Source of the DNA: an uncultured Gemmatimonadales bacterium | GTDB lineage: Bacteria; Gemmatimonadota; Gemmatimonadetes; Longimicrobiales; Gaopeijiaceae | Assembly (NCBI GenBank): GCA_963823035.1 | Contig: CAWGKG010000022.1 | Coordinates: forward strand, 48,651 to 112,650 | Length of the DNA: 64,000 nucleotides | Reading direction: 5' to 3' | Part shown: one piece after another, positions 21,634 to 30,191 of the stretch | Layout: each line of letters begins with the position of its first letter | Numbering within the stretch: position 1 is the stretch's first letter | Notes under the pieces: generated by a model | Database searches by the model: none | Told to the model about the DNA's origin: nothing | The model's input: only the letters and a program-made list of their open reading frames with translations | Program-made: the position numbers and the translations under genes

Positions 21634-22327
21634 TCAAGTAGTCCTGGGCTCGCGTGCCTCTGCGGCCTCTGTGGCAAAGCGGTTGATCCACGAGGCCCAC
21701 GGAAGAAGCAGCCAGAGCGAGAGCTCACCCACGCCGAGCGCGGTCTCGGAAGGGGGCGGCGGCCCGAGGAGGTTGGCGACGTAGACCACCAGCGAGGAAG
21801 ACGATCAGCGCCCGGAAGGCCCATCGTCCCGACCGCGTCCGCCGGGCGGAAGGCGCGCACGTACAGGAGCGTGCCCAGGGCGAGGAGCCCGAGCTCGACC
21901 ACGACCGTCCCCGGCACCGAGCGCCACAGCTCGAGCCCGACGCGGGGGCCACCGGGCCAGAGTGGCATGTCCGGGCGGTGGCGAGATCGCGTCGAGCACC
22001 CAGTGGCTCACCACCAGCGCGCCGCCGATCCAGAGGGCGGCGCGCCGGTCGCGGTAGCGCACCCAGGCGAGGCGGCGAGACAGGCGAGCAGCCCCAGCCG
22101 AGCGTCGAGAAGCGAGGCTGTGGCTGAGCGGGTAGCGAACGAAGTCGAGGGGGGTCGAACGGCGGTGTTGCCCGGATCGAAGCGCACCTCCTCCACACCC
22201 AGGAGGAGGAGGATCAGGCCACAGGAGGTCAGGCCACTGCGGCTGCCAGGAAGAGCGTCCACAGGGAGCCACGGGCGACGCGCGCGGGACGGGCGGCGAG
22301 GGCGACGGCGTAGTGTCCGAGGAACAT
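21634..22327 (-). pseudogene. membrane-bound metal-dependent hydrolase-like polytopic protein (YdjM/DUF457-like), at least four frame breaks as assembled
   Basis: Pieces in all three frames join into a plausible protein: MFLGHYAVALAARPARV.. / QWPDLLWP..GVEEVRFDPGNTAV / PLDFVRYPLSHSL / [30 protein letters not shown] / [40 protein letters not shown] / [14 protein letters not shown] / [36 protein letters not shown]. Confidence 0.5.
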
Positions 22328-23068
22328 GGGCGGTCCGTAGGTGCGGAGGGAGGGTCGACGGCGCCTCAGATACCCCGCGGCGAGCTCCGCCAGCGTGGCG
22401 AGATCCGGCACCTCGAGGTCCGGGACGGCCTGGGCGAGAACGGTCGCGCCGCCGCCCGCTCGCCCGGCCCGACGGTTCACCCATACGCAGGCGAAGCCGA
22501 GCGCCGTGGCGGGTGCCACGTCGTGGTAGAGGCTCTGCGCGACGTGCAGCACGCGTTCGCGTGGGAGGTCGAGGCGGCGGAGCACCTCGTCGAAGTGCGC
22601 CCGCGCCGGCTTGTACGAGCGCACCTGTTGGGCCGTCACGACCCCGGCGAAGTCCACACCCAGCCGGGTCGCCGTTTCGGCGAACAGGTCGTCGTCCACG
22701 TTGGAGACGATCGCCAGACGGAACCGACGGCTCAGCCTGGCGAGGGCCTCCACGGTGTCCGGGAAGGGCGGCCAGCGCCCTACCGAGGCGGCGAACGTTT
22801 CCACCTCCTTCGCCGTTGGCTCGAAGCCGCCCTCGCGGCCGAAGCCGAACGCCACTTCCCTCAGGATGTCGCGGTAGCTCTTGAACGCTCCCTTTTCCGC
22901 AGCGGCCTCCAGCGCTCCGAATCGCTCGAGGAGCGCGTCGTCGTCCTCGACGAACGCCCCGTGGGCGGCCCGCATCGGACGCAGGGCGTCGAGGATACCT
23001 CGCTCCCAGTCCACGAGCGTCCCGTAACAGTCGAAGGTGAGCGCTCCGAATCGCGCGAAGTCCATCAT
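22328..23068 (-). CDS. HAD-superfamily hydrolase (haloacid dehalogenase type II-like); no in-frame stop before the next gene
   Basis: Motif I FDCYGTLVDW. SNVDDD, YKPARAHF and HVAQSLYHDV blocks. ATG 23068 overlaps the upstream stop (ATGA). The frame runs straight into the ATG (22327) of the downstream membrane protein. Confidence 0.8.
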
Positions 23069-23689
23069 GTCCGTGGGACCTCCTCCTGGCTGGACTCACC
23101 TACGTGATGGAGCGCCTCCAGGGCGCAGCGCACGACCTCGACCATGCCGGCGAGGCGGTCGACGTCCGTCACGATGCCGTAGGTCTGACAGTAGACGACC
23201 CCGGTATGCTCCCCGTAGCGCTTCCGGCTTCGCTTGGACGCCCGCTTCACGTGGAGCTCGACGGGCGCCACGGCCAGGAGCGCGCCGACGAGCTCGGAGC
23301 CGGCGAAGAAGCTCGGGACCCGTGGGGCGGGCTTGCCCCGCACGACGTAGCGCTCCAGCAACTCACGCGCCAGCGGGGAGCGGGCTTCCGAATCCGAGGG
23401 CCGCCCACACCCGATCGAAGAAGCCGCGTCCACGCACCCGGACCTGGAGTTCACGGTGCCCGAGTACGTACGCTCGGACCCTCGTGTAGGTCACGGTCAC
23501 CGTGCCCGTGCTGACCGCGTACGTGTCGAGACGGGTGCGCCACGGGCCGTGCTGGAACCACGCGCGGTCGTTCCCCGCCCGCTTCCCCTCTTCGAGACGG
23601 CCGTCGAGCCTGGCTGCCACCTCCCGCCAGGCCGTGCGTCGGTCCACCTTCGGCGGGCGCTTCGCCTTCGGGCGCAAGCCGCCTGTCAT
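23065..23689 (-). pseudogene. hypothetical protein, one frame break as assembled
   Basis: MTGGLRPKAKRPPKVDRRTAWREVAARLDGRLEEG...VRVRGRGFFDRVWAALGFGSPLP (ORF 23363..23770, ATG 23689). It continues as ARELLERYVVRGKPAPRV...EALHHVGESSQEEVPRT (ORF 23065..23454). The shift is near 23375-23395. Confidence 0.45.
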
Positions 23690-23690
23690 C

Positions 23691-24461
23691 TCACGACGGC
23701 CGGCCGCTCTTCCGACCCGTGGCCAGCTTGTTGCCGACCTCCCTGCGCACGAGGGCGGGCAGCGCCTCACCGTGGCGGGCGAGGAAGGCCCTCACCGCCT
23801 TCTCGTCCGCGGACACGAGCGCACGTAGCGCCCACGAGAGCGCCTTGGCGACCATGGGCTCCGCGTCCGTGGCGAGCATCGTGCACACCGCCAACGTGCG
23901 GCCCGCGTCACCCCGTCCGCCGCGCGAACGCAGGTTGCGCGCCACGGTCGACACGAGCGCGGTGCGCCGCCACCACCGGTCAGGGGCGTGCGCCCAGCGC
24001 GCCACGTCCTCGTCGCCCACGAGTCCGTCCCGCCACGCGGGCCCCGCCACGTACAAGGAGAAACCGTCCACGGTGGCCCAGTTGTCGTTGCCCGCACCCA
24101 GCGCCTCGACGATGGCCGCGTCCAGGCCGGCCACGACGTCCGGCCTACCTCCGATCAGCTCCCACGCCACCTGCCGCGCTTCGTGCACGTTCGTGGCGAC
24201 CAGGCCGCGCGCCACCTGGAGGACCTGTTCCGCGGGCGCATCCAGCAGCGTGCGCGCAAGAGGCCGGAGCACCCTCCGGATCGCCGGAGCCGGCACGCCC
24301 AGGATCTCGAGGGCCGTCGGGAAGTAGCCCGCTCCGTGCGCCTTCCGCTCGGGAACCGACGCGGCCTCCAGCCCCTCGAGGACGTCTCCGACGAGGGTGG
24401 CCCGCACCGAGGGCCCTGCCCCCGGAACGGACACCTCCGGGGCGAGGGGCGACGCTACCAC
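23691..24461 (-). CDS. HEAT-repeat protein of the DNA alkylation repair (AlkD-like) family
   Basis: The C-terminal 256 aa of ORF 23691..24731 read as HEAT-like repeats (APAIRRVLRPLA, NVHEARQVAWELIG, DNWATVDGF, WWRRTALVSTV, PMVAKALSWALRAL). GTG 24461 overlaps the upstream stop by 7 nt. Confidence 0.65.
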   Translation of the reverse strand: MVASPLAPEVSVPGAGPSVRATLVGDVLEGLEAASVPERKAHGAGYFPTALEILGVPAPAIRRVLRPLARTLLDAPAEQVLQVARGLVATNVHEARQVAWELIGGRPDVVAGLDAAIVEALGAGNDNWATVDGFSLYVAGPAWRDGLVGDEDVARWAHAPDRWWRRTALVSTVARNLRSRGGRGDAGRTLAVCTMLATDAEPMVAKALSWALRALVSADEKAVRAFLARHGEALPALVRREVGNKLATGRKSGRPS

Positions 24462-24766
24462 GCGAGTCCCAGGAGGACCGCGTTCATGAACCCCTCCTCC
24501 GAATGCTCGGCCGCGACCCTCAGCAGCGCCTCCAGCTCGTCGTGGTCGAGCCAGACGCCGCCGCAGTCGGGACAGCGGTCGAGGATGATGTTCTGGACGA
24601 TCTCCTTGCGCATCTCCGTGCCGTCCACGGGGCAGGCGCGGCGCACCGCCGCCTTCCGACGGATTTGATCCGCGCAGCGCGCGCACGTGGGTAGGCCGTC
24701 CAACACCTCGGAGCTTGGTTGCTCGCGGCAACGGACGCAGAGTGCCGGCTTCTCGTTCTCGCTCAC
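24455..24766 (-). CDS. zinc-ribbon protein (zf-TFIIB-like: CxxC...CxxC plus CP..DRCPDCGGVWLD)
   Basis: Intact 103-aa ORF containing CVRC, CARC, CPVDG and CPDCGGVWLDHDELEALL. GTG start at 24766 overlaps the stop of the ATPase gene (GTGA). Confidence 0.7.
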   Translation of the reverse strand: MSENEKPALCVRCREQPSSEVLDGLPTCARCADQIRRKAAVRRACPVDGTEMRKEIVQNIILDRCPDCGGVWLDHDELEALLRVAAEHSEEGFMNAVLLGLAW

Positions 24767-26967
24767 CCTCCCGCCCTCCTCAGCGTGGCCTTGACGCGTG
24801 TCACGAACCTCGGGGGATCGATCGGCTTGTGGATGTAGTCGTCCGCTCCCTGCTCCATGAGCTCGATCTCGGCATGCGGGTCCTGGGTGCCGGTGAGCAC
24901 CACGATGGGAAGGCCGGCCGTGCTCACCGAGCCGCGCACGGCCCGAAGCGTCTCCCGCCCTCCGAGCGTGGGCATGTCCAGGTCGAGCACCATCAGGTCG
25001 AACGCCTCACCCCGCGCGAGCATCACGAGTCCTTCGGAGCCGTCCGCCGCCTCGCTGACGCGGTACCCTTCCCGCTCCAGCAGTCCGCGGGCGATCGCAC
25101 GACTCGCTCCGTCGTCGTCGATGACGAGCACGTGCGGCGCCGCGTCGTCGTCGTCCTCCGGGATCACGGGAGCCGACACCGTGCGGATCGTCGGCGTCGG
25201 CGTGGCCCGCCGGGGGGGCGGCGGGCCGTCCGGCCGCACCGCCGTGTCGGGGATCTCGTTCAGCGGGACGGAGCGCAGCGAACCCTCGCCCTCCTCGCCG
25301 ACCACCCGCGCCACCTCCTCCAGCGTGGTCTCTCCGTCTCGAATGCGCTGCAGGGCGGCCTCGAGCAGCGAACGCATTCCCTCCGAGCGCACCTGCTCGC
25401 GGACGGCACGCATCGGAGCGCCCTCGAGGATCATCCGCTGCACGGGAAGCGAGCTGAGGAAGAGCTCGACCACGGGGAGGCGTCCGCGGTAGCCCTGGTG
25501 CTGACACACCTCGCAGCCGATGGCGCGCACGGTGGGCTGGACGCCGTAGCGCCCGGCCAGGAACTCCTCGACAGCGGACAGCGGCCCGCTCACCGGCTGC
25601 GCACAGGCGGCGCAAACCCGGCGCAAGAGCCGCTGCGCGAAGCCGGCGCGCAGCGTGTCCGCCACAGTGGCGTTGTCCAGGCCGAGATCGGTGAAGCGCC
25701 GGATGGCGCCCACCGCGTCGTTCGTGTGCAGCGTGGCGAGCACCAGGTGCCCCGTGAGGCTGGCCTGCGCCGCGGTCTCGGCCGTCTCGCGGTCCCGGAT
25801 CTCCCCGACGAAGACGACGTCGGGGTCCTGGCGGAGAATCGCGCGCAGCGCAGACGCGAACGTCACCCCCTGCTTGGGCTCCACCTGGATCTGCGTCAGC
25901 CCCGGGAGGTCGTACTCGATCGGGTCCTCGACGGTCATGATGTTGACGTCTTCGGTCGCGATCTCCCGCAACGCCGCGTACATCGTGGTGGTCTTGCCGG
26001 AGCCGGTCGGTCCGGTGACCACGAAGATGCCGTCGCGGTTGCTCAGCACCTGGCGGAGCCGCTCGATCTCCTGGCCGTGGATGTTGGTGTCCTCGAGCGC
26101 GTGGGTCTGCGTCGTGCTGAGCACGCGCACCACGACCTTCTCGGCCCGCCGGGTGGGCACCGTCGAGATGCGCAGGTCGTAGGCCTGGCCCTCCACGACC
26201 ATGCGCGCTCGCCCGTCCTGGGGGCGCAGACGGTCGGCGATGTCCAGCCGGCTCATGACCTTGATGCGCGACACGACCCGGGTGAGCACCGGCGTGGGCA
26301 TCTGCATCCCGTTGCGCAGCACACCGTCCACGCGGTAGCGGACCACCCCTCCGGTGGCCATCGGCTGGATGTGGATGTCGCTCGCGCCCCGCTCGATGGC
26401 CTCGAGGAGGATCAGGTTCGCCAGGCGGACCACCGGGCCGGTCGCGGACTCCTCCGCGGAGATCTCCTCCGGCTCGTCGGAGACACCCACCACCTCGACG
26501 AGGTTGTCCACCGACTCGCTCACGCCCTCCAGGAGCGCCTCGGCCACCCGATCCGGAGAATACGACGCCTCGATCGCGCCGTGGATGGCGGCCGGCGGGG
26601 CGATCTGCACGTGCGGCGTGCGCCCGGAGGCGAACCCCACTTCCTTCTCCGCCTGGATGTTCGTGGGGTCGGCGGTGGCCACCACCAGTGCCCGGTCTCC
26701 GTCCCTCAGGGGAAACACCTGAAAGCGACGGGCCACCGACGCGGGAAGGAGCTTCGTGGCCGTCGGCTCGGCCAGCGAGAAGTCGGCGACCTGCGTGCGG
26801 AAGCTGCGCGCAACGGCCGCCGCGAGCGTGGGCGCGTCCACGCCGCACGCACGCATGGTCTCCTCCCATGCCTCGGGCACGGAGGCGTGGGCGAGTATCC
26901 TGATGTCGTCCGCGCCTGCGAGACCCTCTCGTTTCGCGGCGCGTTGGATCCAATGTCGCGCGGTCAT
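24763..26967 (-). CDS. GspE/PilB-family type II/IV secretion ATPase fused to a C-terminal response-regulator receiver domain
   Basis: T2SSE_N-like N-domain (RFQVFPLRDGDRALVVATADP). Walker A GPTGSGKTTT. Walker B DPDVVFVGEIRD. His box TGHLVLATLHTND. Cys cluster CAACAQP...CEVCQHQGYRGR. REC domain HVLVIDDDGASR...DLMVLDLDMP...VVLTG...YIHKPIDP. Uninterrupted 734 aa from ATG 26967, which overlaps the M24 stop (ATGA). Confidence 0.9.
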   Translation of the reverse strand: MTARHWIQRAAKREGLAGADDIRILAHASVPEAWEETMRACGVDAPTLAAAVARSFRTQVADFSLAEPTATKLLPASVARRFQVFPLRDGDRALVVATADPTNIQAEKEVGFASGRTPHVQIAPPAAIHGAIEASYSPDRVAEALLEGVSESVDNLVEVVGVSDEPEEISAEESATGPVVRLANLILLEAIERGASDIHIQPMATGGVVRYRVDGVLRNGMQMPTPVLTRVVSRIKVMSRLDIADRLRPQDGRARMVVEGQAYDLRISTVPTRRAEKVVVRVLSTTQTHALEDTNIHGQEIERLRQVLSNRDGIFVVTGPTGSGKTTTMYAALREIATEDVNIMTVEDPIEYDLPGLTQIQVEPKQGVTFASALRAILRQDPDVVFVGEIRDRETAETAAQASLTGHLVLATLHTNDAVGAIRRFTDLGLDNATVADTLRAGFAQRLLRRVCAACAQPVSGPLSAVEEFLAGRYGVQPTVRAIGCEVCQHQGYRGRLPVVELFLSSLPVQRMILEGAPMRAVREQVRSEGMRSLLEAALQRIRDGETTLEEVARVVGEEGEGSLRSVPLNEIPDTAVRPDGPPPPRRATPTPTIRTVSAPVIPEDDDDAAPHVLVIDDDGASRAIARGLLEREGYRVSEAADGSEGLVMLARGEAFDLMVLDLDMPTLGGRETLRAVRGSVSTAGLPIVVLTGTQDPHAEIELMEQGADDYIHKPIDPPRFVTRVKATLRRAGG

Positions 26968-28280
26968 GGGATGACGAGGATACGTCGATTCGCCGGATAG
27001 AGCCATTCCACGCCGCGCGCCGTGACCACGGCGTCGTCCTCCAGGGGAATCCGGACCTTCCGCCCCCCCAATCCGGGTTCGCGGTGTACGCGAAGAGCTC
27101 GACCGAAATGAGGGTCCCCGGACGCAGCTCGTACCCCAGCCGCGTCGGATTGAAGAAGGCGAGCGAGGGGCCGATGCCGTGCCCCCAGTTGCCCACCGAG
27201 TGCGGGCCGATCACGACGTCCGTCACCTCGGGGTCGTCCGACGGCCGGTTGAACTCGATGCGGTTGAAACCGGCCGCCTCCAGGGCGCGCCAGGTGGCGT
27301 CGAGCGCCGCCTGGGCGGTGGGCGCCGGGCGGATGGCGGCCTTCATGACGTCCCGGACGGCGAGGGCCCGATCGAAGGCGTGGCGCAGCCCGGCGGGCGG
27401 CTCCGTCTCCCCGTCCTTCAGGACGTAGGCGATGCGCTTCATGTCCGTGAAGAAGTCCAGGAAGCCCACGCCCCAGTCGATCATCAGGAGGTCGCCCCGC
27501 TGGATGATCCGGTCCGTGGACGTCGCCGCGATCCCCTCCGGACCGGTCACGTACACGGAGGGCTGGTCGAAGGACGACGCGAGTCCCCGGGCCAGGAGCT
27601 GGTCCTCCATCCACCACGCCACGTCCTCGAGGGTGGTCACGCCCGGCGTGACCACCTCCCTGGAGAAGGCGCGCTCGGCGATCTCCCGGCTGATCTCGCC
27701 GGCCTCGGCGAACGCGGCGAGCTCGGTGGCCGTCCGCGTCGAGCGGAAGTCGCTGACGAGCTTCTCGGCCGACACCAGCCGGTCGGCGTACGGCGCGCCC
27801 AGCACCGAGCGCAGGTGAAGCCACGACGTGTGGGACAACCCGTCCGCACCGCCGATGCTCTCCGCCATGTCGACGCCGATCCTCCGCGGATCGCGCTCCC
27901 GGATCCAGTCGGTGAGCTCGTCGGCGCCGCCGAAGTGGTCGTAGACGCCGCACGCCTCCGGCTTGCCGCCCTCCACCCCGAAGACCGCCCGCTCGACCCG
28001 GTCCCCGCGGTCGGTGAACACCCAATAGGCCCAGTCGCCCACGTAACCGCGCCCGAGCGCCTCCCACAGCGGGTCGAGCAGGCCCTCGCGCATGACCACG
28101 ATCCACGTGTCGACATCGTTGTCGTGCATCGCCTTCGGCAGCACCAGGTCGAACTTCTCCGCGCGGATCTGGCACATGCGCTCCCACCTGCGCCGCGCCT
28201 CCTGGGCCTCCGTGCGCCCCGGCGTCAGCGTGGCGAGGAGTCCGAGCGCCAGCCCGCGCGACCACGGCGGGTGCCCTCAT
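26964..28280 (-). pseudogene. M24-family Xaa-Pro aminopeptidase-like peptidase, secreted, two frame breaks as assembled
   Basis: ATG 28280 gives MRAPAVVARAG. After a shift near 28240-28250 it reads LALGLLATLTPGRTEAQ...MCQIRAEKFDL... (ORF 25007..28177). A further shift in the C7 run 27063-27069 leads into RKVRIPLEDDAVVTARGVEWLYPANRRILVIP* (ORF 26964..28511). Creatinase/prolidase-like blocks (GDLLMIDWG, GHGIG). Confidence 0.8.
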
Positions 28281-30064
28281 CGGACCTCCGTCCAACCCGA
28301 GCGGCGCACGCCGCCCGTGTCCGACCCGGCGGTCACGCGGACGCGCGCGCCCCCGGCTGTCGCGCCGGCGCCGGGGCGCACGACCCAGGACACCGTGCGC
28401 GACCTCTCCGTGACCGCCTGCAGGTAGGGGTTCGAGCCGGCGAGGTGGCCGACCGTGCGCCGCGCCGTCCCGTCGACGATCTCGACCCCGTCCACCTCGA
28501 GCATCGCCCACGGTGGCGCGACGACCTGCGCGCGCACGGAGCCGTCCGGACGCTCTTCACCGACCGTGCCGCGGTCGGTGAGGCTCGTGGGGAGGTAGCC
28601 CGAGTTGGACAGCGTCGCCTCGATGCGGAAGGTCCCGTCGCGGAGGGGCCGCACGCTCGGGCCCTCCAGCTCGACCAGGGGCGACTGCTCCCCGATGTAG
28701 AGGTACCACGGCATCTGTGCCGCCGTCTCCTCCTCCAGGAACTCGGGCGGGGGGTTCTGCCCCCAGAACTTCGCGTGCCACCCGCCGATCTCGACGCGGC
28801 CGAGCTGGGGGTGATCGAAGGGCGTCCACGGGGCGAAGTAACGCCCGCCCAGCTCCTCATCGTCGAAGCGCAGGCTCTCCGCCTCGCTGATGTCCCCGTC
28901 GCCGTCGTAGTCCGTGACCCACGCCTCCGGCCCCGGCACGAACTCCGGCACCCAGCCGATGATCCCCCGGTCCCAGTAGCCCCAGGAGATGAGCGTCCCG
29001 TAGCGGTGCTCGGTCGGATGCGTGCTGCTCGGGATCACGGGGCGGCCCGTCGTGCGCGTGTACTCTTCCCCGAGGTGCTCGATGAGCTGCAGGTCGATCG
29101 CCGGGAAGGTGGAGGGCGGCGAGGCCGACGGGAGCCTGTACACGAAGCCGCCCGCGGTGTGGCCGTGGATGATCCCGGTGACGTTGCGATGCGCGTCGAT
29201 GAACGCGACGGCGGCGCGCGTCTCCGGCTCGGAGAGCGGGTAGTCCCCCGCCCCGTTCTGGATGTGCTCCCGCTCCCAGTTGCGCGGGAAGTTCCGGTTC
29301 ATGTCGATGCCGCCGATGCCGTCCTCGTCGATGGCGCCGTCGCCGTCGTCGTCCACGCCCTCGCGCAGGACGCGGTAGCGCACGCCCGGCCGCTCGTGAC
29401 GCGGGTCGCGGATCATCGCGCGCGGCTCGGCCGGGTCGGCCACCCAATCCCCCTCGTCGTCGGGCAGGCGCATCTGCGTGATCCACCCGTCTCCGTTCAG
29501 ATCCTGGGGAGGATCCTCGTCGGCCACGCCGTCCTCGTCCTCGTCGACCGGATGCGTGGTGCTGCGCAGGAACTGGTCGTCGAGGAGCGCGATGTCGGAG
29601 CCGTCCGGGTTGAACTTGGGGCGCACGTACACCGCGCGGGTGTCGAGGAGCGCCGTGATGCGCGGGTCCTTCCCGTAGCCGTTCAGGAGGTAGCCGACGA
29701 AGTAGGTGGCCACCGCCGAGCCGGTCAGCTCGCCCGCGTGGATGCCGCCGTCCACGTACAGGGCGGGCTTCTCCGAGGCGGGCCCGGTCGCCTCGTTGGT
29801 GATCTCGATGACCATGAGTGGCTGGCCCCGCCAACTCTCCCCGATCGAGTACAGCTCCGTGAGCTCCGGACGGAGGACGTGCAGCTCCCCGAGGATCTGG
29901 TTGGTCTCGGCCGCCGTGTAGAAGCGGTTCCAGTCCACGCTTCCGTCCGGCGCCACCAGGCCCACGGCCTGCGCCGTCACGGAGCCCGCGGCGAGCATGG
30001 GAGCGAAGGCGCCCAGGAGGGCGCCCACCACGATGGTGGGAAAGAGCTGCGCGTGGCGCGTCAT
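28277..30064 (-). CDS. M14-family zinc carboxypeptidase, secreted
   Basis: Signal/TM segment MTRHAQLFPTIVVGALLGAFAPMLAAGSVTAQA from ATG 30064. Zinc ligands in GGIHAGELTG (HxxE) and GIIHGHTAGG. Block MNRNFPRNWE. Intact 595 aa. Confidence 0.85.
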   Translation of the reverse strand: MTRHAQLFPTIVVGALLGAFAPMLAAGSVTAQAVGLVAPDGSVDWNRFYTAAETNQILGELHVLRPELTELYSIGESWRGQPLMVIEITNEATGPASEKPALYVDGGIHAGELTGSAVATYFVGYLLNGYGKDPRITALLDTRAVYVRPKFNPDGSDIALLDDQFLRSTTHPVDEDEDGVADEDPPQDLNGDGWITQMRLPDDEGDWVADPAEPRAMIRDPRHERPGVRYRVLREGVDDDGDGAIDEDGIGGIDMNRNFPRNWEREHIQNGAGDYPLSEPETRAAVAFIDAHRNVTGIIHGHTAGGFVYRLPSASPPSTFPAIDLQLIEHLGEEYTRTTGRPVIPSSTHPTEHRYGTLISWGYWDRGIIGWVPEFVPGPEAWVTDYDGDGDISEAESLRFDDEELGGRYFAPWTPFDHPQLGRVEIGGWHAKFWGQNPPPEFLEEETAAQMPWYLYIGEQSPLVELEGPSVRPLRDGTFRIEATLSNSGYLPTSLTDRGTVGEERPDGSVRAQVVAPPWAMLEVDGVEIVDGTARRTVGHLAGSNPYLQAVTERSRTVSWVVRPGAGATAGGARVRVTAGSDTGGVRRSGWTEVR

Positions 30065-30191
30065 GACTTCCTCCGGGGAAGGCCGCACGGGTCGAGTTGC
30101 GGCAGCGGCAATTTGAGCGTCCGCGCTCCTCCTGACCACTGGGCCCACGACGTCCGCGTTACCGGGGGGCCGGGGCCGGCACGGCCACCTT

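Noticed and set aside
17391-21968. A single 1525-aa ORF in the track that looks like a giant protein.
   Set aside because: It is a read-through of three separate genes in one frame: part of the membrane hydrolase, the large amidohydrolase and the small amidohydrolase. Clear signal-peptide starts occur at 21449 and 18695. Much of the middle translates as Arg/Pro/Gly-rich sequence that does not look like protein.
24715-27000. A 761-aa plus-strand ORF.
   Set aside because: It is exactly antisense to the well-conserved GspE-REC gene. The translation is Arg/Gly/His-rich with no motifs. This is a typical stop-poor antisense frame of high-GC DNA.
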